Below are positions 26,311 through 29,663 of a DNA stretch of 29,663 bases, piece by piece. The notes beneath the pieces were generated by a model. That model was not told the DNA's origin. It made no database searches and was given only the letters and a program-made list of their open reading frames with translations. The position numbers and the translations under genes were made by a program. The DNA comes from Candidatus Woesearchaeota archaeon (GTDB lineage Archaea > Nanobdellota > Nanobdellia > SCGC-AAA011-G17 > GW2011-AR17). Numbering within the stretch: the first letter of the stretch is position 1; each line of letters begins with the position of its first letter. Location: the NCBI GenBank assembly GCA_964358335.1, contig CAYHOW010000005.1, positions 1 to 29,663 of the forward strand, given 5' to 3'.

Positions 26311-27456
26311 CAATTCATCCTGATAGGCGTTTTCACCATTCTCTGCCCTAATCTTCTCAAGCTTTTCATTCTGCTTACGCAATTCAACTTTATCTGCAGG
26401 TTTGGCTTTCTTGCGAATGGCTTTTATCTGCTGATACAGAGCGTCAGATGGCTCTTCTTCCTTTGGAATCAAGCACTGCAGTTCAGTGCCCAGCTCTATA
26501 ATCTCATCTTCCTGCTGCACAATGTCAAGATAGAAGTAAGACTTCAGTGCCTCTTCAGTATAGTACTTATGCTCCGACAGCTCTTTCTTGAAATTAAATA
26601 AAGCGATATATTTCCATATAGCCTCGAACAATAATATGAAATTCCTCTTGTGCTTGATGATTACATCAGCGTCAAATCCGCTATAGGCATCGAACATCAT
26701 GTCATGATAGGCGTCAAGAATATCGTCGTATTCCTTCCTTGAATCCTTGGGGCTGGCATCATATAGCCTCTTCAAAAATTTCAGGATGACAAATATTGAA
26801 TTCTTAGGATGTTCATCGAACTCCTTCGAATATAATATTGAGAGTATCTTTTCCTTGATTTCGTACAGGCTTTTAGGCTCTTCATGATACTGGATCTGCT
26901 TAACCTGATAAGCATACTGTACCTTGGAATATTCGACAGTTGTTGTCCTAATGAAAGTTTCAATCTTGGCAGGAAGGCCAGAATATGCATAATCCACATC
27001 ATTGTCAAAGATGAATATGTCAATTCCGCCATATTGGTACCATGCCCTTGGAAGGTGGTCCAATTCCTTAAAAGAATTGATTACTTTATATGCAATCTTC
27101 TTCGCATGTGTATTGGTCAATGGCTTGCTTGTTGACTCATTCCAGAACTTTTTTATTAAATAGTATAGCGAATTAAAATCCTTCTCCGCCTTATCAGTGA
27201 GGGGGAGTCCAAAATAGGTTTTGGATTTGTTGGCGCGGGCAAGCGTAAGCATCTTGCTGGGCCCTACATTCTCTTCATGCAACAAGCCAATATCCACAAG
27301 AATCTTTATGTATCTTGATACTGCAGTCCTATCAATGCTCATCTCCTCAGCTATTTCAGCAACCGATTTAGGACCCTTTGCCAAGCACTCAAAAATCTTC
27401 CTGATAAGAACCTGCGTAGAGCCCCTTCCCATAGTATATCGGTAAGATACAGGCAT
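26287..27456 (-). CDS. large winged-HTH protein (MarR/ArsR-like N-terminus + ~300-aa alpha-helical domain of unknown function)
   Basis: VAEIAEEMSIDRTAVSRYIKILVDIGLL wHTH motif near N-terminus; long Tyr/Lys/Glu-rich C-terminal region with no recognised motif; 3' end overlaps the PIN gene 3' end convergently. Confidence 0.6.
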   Translation of the reverse strand: MPVSYRYTMGRGSTQVLIRKIFECLAKGPKSVAEIAEEMSIDRTAVSRYIKILVDIGLLHEENVGPSKMLTLARANKSKTYFGLPLTDKAEKDFNSLYYLIKKFWNESTSKPLTNTHAKKIAYKVINSFKELDHLPRAWYQYGGIDIFIFDNDVDYAYSGLPAKIETFIRTTTVEYSKVQYAYQVKQIQYHEEPKSLYEIKEKILSILYSKEFDEHPKNSIFVILKFLKRLYDASPKDSRKEYDDILDAYHDMMFDAYSGFDADVIIKHKRNFILLFEAIWKYIALFNFKKELSEHKYYTEEALKSYFYLDIVQQEDEIIELGTELQCLIPKEEEPSDALYQQIKAIRKKAKPADKVELRKQNEKLEKIRAENGENAYQDELLRRAGLK

Positions 27457-27579
27457 ATAAAAAGGTTTTGTTTTAAAGAGATAAATAGATTCATCTTAAA
27501 GGTTATGTTGCTAAATAGCATTAAAACTTATAAGCTCGGGGCTATTTATAGAAATAACCAATTAAAGGAGGATGAAACA

Positions 27580-27774
27580 ATGGTTCAAAGAATATTCGGG
27601 CTTGGGCTCGGCGCAACAGGGATTGTAGGCACCCTGATTATCGCAGGAATCCTGCTAAAAGTGACAAACACTTCAGCAGGAACAGGGGACGTAGCTATCT
27701 TTAGCGGCATAGGGATAGGCTCCGTATTAGGCCTGCTAGGCATCGTTGCCGTTGCGAAGAGAGTAATGAAGTGA
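27580..27774 (+). CDS. small membrane protein (64 aa, two Gly-rich TM helices)
   Basis: GGAGGA SD 8 nt upstream of ATG 27580; MVQRIFGLGLGATGIVGTLIIAGILL…GIGIGSVLGLLGIVAVAKR. Confidence 0.5.
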   Translation: MVQRIFGLGLGATGIVGTLIIAGILLKVTNTSAGTGDVAIFSGIGIGSVLGLLGIVAVAKRVMK

Positions 27775-27778
27775 AACC

Positions 27779-28048
27779 ATGAAAGGGACAGTAACTAGGA
27801 TTATAGACGGAGACACATTCTGCGTGAACAGAAAGGTAGACGGCACAAACAAGATCAGGCTTGAGAACGTCAATGCACCGGAGAGGTCATCTATTGGCGG
27901 ACCGAAAGCCACTAACATCTTGCGAGGCCTGATTGGCGGGCAGACTGTGACAATAAACCCTGTAGGCAGAAGCTATGACAGGATTGTCGCAAAAGTGTCA
28001 AACGAAAGGAAAAGCATCAACAAGAGAATGATAGAAAAGGGATACTGA
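27779..28048 (+). CDS. minimal staphylococcal-nuclease (SNase/thermonuclease)-like protein, 89 aa
   Basis: VTRIIDGDTFCV… then IRLENVNAPE (cf. SNase …V.DGDT…IRL.GIDAPE) and SYDRIVAKV (cf. YGRxLAYV); overlaps downstream small gene at 28048. Confidence 0.65.
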   Translation: MKGTVTRIIDGDTFCVNRKVDGTNKIRLENVNAPERSSIGGPKATNILRGLIGGQTVTINPVGRSYDRIVAKVSNERKSINKRMIEKGY

Positions 28049-28293
28049 TGGGAAAAGCCACAATAGCCGCCGTAATAACATTCTCATTGGCATTGTTTGG
28101 CTTCCTCGTCTATGACTCTATAGAAGGAGCTATACAAGACACAGCCATCGATATGACGGGAGAAGCCGTAAAGGAAGCTCAAATGGACACCGGAATAAAA
28201 GCATCTATAATTAGCGCTTTTGACCTCTTAAAAATAGTAGGCATTGTTGGAACTATTGGTGGGATTGCATTATTAGCGAAGAAATATTTCTAG
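28048..28293 (+). CDS. small membrane protein (81 aa, N- and C-terminal TM helices)
   Basis: ATIAAVITFSLALFGFLVY … IVGIVGTIGGIALLAKKYF; ATGA overlap with SNase-like gene. Confidence 0.45.
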   Translation: MGKATIAAVITFSLALFGFLVYDSIEGAIQDTAIDMTGEAVKEAQMDTGIKASIISAFDLLKIVGIVGTIGGIALLAKKYF

Positions 28294-28353
28294 ACGGTTC
28301 AGCATCTGCAAATTTAATCAAAACAAATATAAACATCAACACTTTTTAAGGAA

Positions 28354-28824
28354 ATGAAGATGAAAGGCAACAGGATATTATTTGGAATGATTATATGCAG
28401 TGCTCTAGCTATAATAGTGGCTGCATATCTGGTCTACATCTATTACATGGCAGACGTCACAGGCATATGCCAGCCAGGGACGAAATTCGACTGTAATTCT
28501 GTCAGCCAGAGCAGGTACGGATTAATGTTCGGGCTCCCTGTATCGTTGTTCGGCCTGACTTTCTACACAGTATTCTTCCTTTTGGGCTTGGCGCTGTACA
28601 AGGGTCTTGAGCTAAGGCACATACATAAATCGCTGAGCAGGAACCACACGTTCTGGCTGATGTTCCTCATACCTCTGTTCGGCACGGCGTTCTCATTGAG
28701 GCTGAGCTACATAGAGGCGATGGTATTGAAGGCATGGTGCCCGTTCTGCGTGATACAGCAGTTCATAGTGTTCATAATGCTCATCTTGTCATTATCGATG
28801 CTGAGGCACAGGCACCAGATATGA
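28354..28824 (+). CDS. vitamin K epoxide reductase (VKOR)-family membrane oxidoreductase
   Basis: Multi-TM protein with loop Cys pair (CQPGTKFDC) and TM-embedded CxxC active site (WCPFCV), the VKOR arrangement. Confidence 0.7.
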   Translation: MKMKGNRILFGMIICSALAIIVAAYLVYIYYMADVTGICQPGTKFDCNSVSQSRYGLMFGLPVSLFGLTFYTVFFLLGLALYKGLELRHIHKSLSRNHTFWLMFLIPLFGTAFSLRLSYIEAMVLKAWCPFCVIQQFIVFIMLILSLSMLRHRHQI

Positions 28825-28949
28825 AGGAAAAATTTATAAACGACAAAAGGAACGAATAATTGTATAAAAAGAGGTTGGTATTGAATGATAGGGAAATGTT
28901 TAAAAAGAGCATATATATTCTACATTCAGAATCAGTCAGAGGGTAGAAA

Positions 28950-29192
28950 ATGGTAGAATTATTTTCAATTAAAGAAATACCAATAGAGGTAAGGATAGAA
29001 CTACTCAAGGAGTTAGGTTATGATTCTGATGGAGAATTTGTTCTCAAAAATAATAAGCCCCATCTAGATAGATATACTGAAGAACCTGTACGAGTTGATA
29101 ATATGGTAATCCTTCCTGGCAGTACTATAATTCTTGATGACAACCCTCTAAGTATCTCATCTTACTTTGAGGAGTTTGGAGATGTCATCTGA
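28950..29192 (+). CDS. hypothetical protein (80 aa) in AT-rich terminal segment
   Basis: ORF with 26-nt overlap to next ORF; AT-rich composition makes long ORFs less likely by chance. Confidence 0.4.
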   Translation: MVELFSIKEIPIEVRIELLKELGYDSDGEFVLKNNKPHLDRYTEEPVRVDNMVILPGSTIILDDNPLSISSYFEEFGDVI

Positions 29193-29634
29193 TAATGCTA
29201 CAGACGATGATTTAATCAGAGAAGCAACAAAAGGAGCCTTAGATTGGGCTAGCGAGAAAGGGAAGAGCCTTATCAAAAACCTAGCAGAAAAGATTAGGAA
29301 TAAGGATTTAGTTTTTATTGGTGATAGAGATACAATTGAAAGAGCTAAACAACAGCGCCATAAATCAGAGTTTACATTCTTTAAGCAAATAATAACGAAT
29401 ACTGACAGCCGTAACCTTTTTCAGATGGGTCTTACGCTAAGAAGCCTGCAAAGAGATAATAAAGAAGCAGAAATGAAAAATCTTAAAACAAAAATAAAGA
29501 ATAAATTTGATCATAATGGATTACACTTCGCATACTTTGTTCAGAATGGCCTATTTAGCAAATATTTGGGGATTGTCGGAATAAATGAATATGAAACAAT
29601 AGAACAACTTAGAGCCTGTCCCAGTAGCATTTAA
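29167..29634 (+). CDS. hypothetical protein (155 aa) in AT-rich terminal segment
   Basis: 155-aa ORF in an AT-rich stretch; no recognised motif. Confidence 0.45.
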   Translation: MRSLEMSSDNATDDDLIREATKGALDWASEKGKSLIKNLAEKIRNKDLVFIGDRDTIERAKQQRHKSEFTFFKQIITNTDSRNLFQMGLTLRSLQRDNKEAEMKNLKTKIKNKFDHNGLHFAYFVQNGLFSKYLGIVGINEYETIEQLRACPSSI

Positions 29635-29663
29635 ATATTAGTTTGATTTCTTAGATTATGGGG

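Overview
Archaeal chromosomal segment. The core is unmistakably archaeal: FtsZ, an archaeal-order SecE–Spt5 pair followed by an L7Ae–S28e–L24e–NDK cluster, and aIF5B, with oligo-T tracts after genes. GC is about 50% in coding regions and intergenic spacers are AT-rich. Into this core are woven many bacterial-type genes. These include bacterial-type CoaD, a lipobox lipoprotein, grpE–dnaK–(HD-domain gene)–dnaJ, an SPFH protein and VKOR. The most striking is a six-gene minus-strand operon: prkA2–yeaH(DUF444)–spoVR–prkA1 fused to a ClpP-family serine protease and a putative M14/AstE-like zinc hydrolase. Two stretches are strongly AT-rich and look acquired. The first (~6700–8400) carries an Arch_ATPase/DUF234 AAA ATPase with palindromic operators. 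The second (~28830–end) carries two unknown ORFs. Downstream of a tRNA-Arg(UCG) sits a tight four-gene overlapping operon. It consists of an apparently catalytically dead IS200/IS605-like Y1 transposase homolog, two unknowns and a PIN-domain nuclease. This is followed by a large wHTH regulator, a minimal SNase flanked by small membrane proteins, and a VKOR. This looks like an accessory or defence-like island. A perfect 9-1-9 palindrome sits between the TATA box and the start of grpE and is a candidate heat-shock operator. No CRISPR array and no rRNA were seen.
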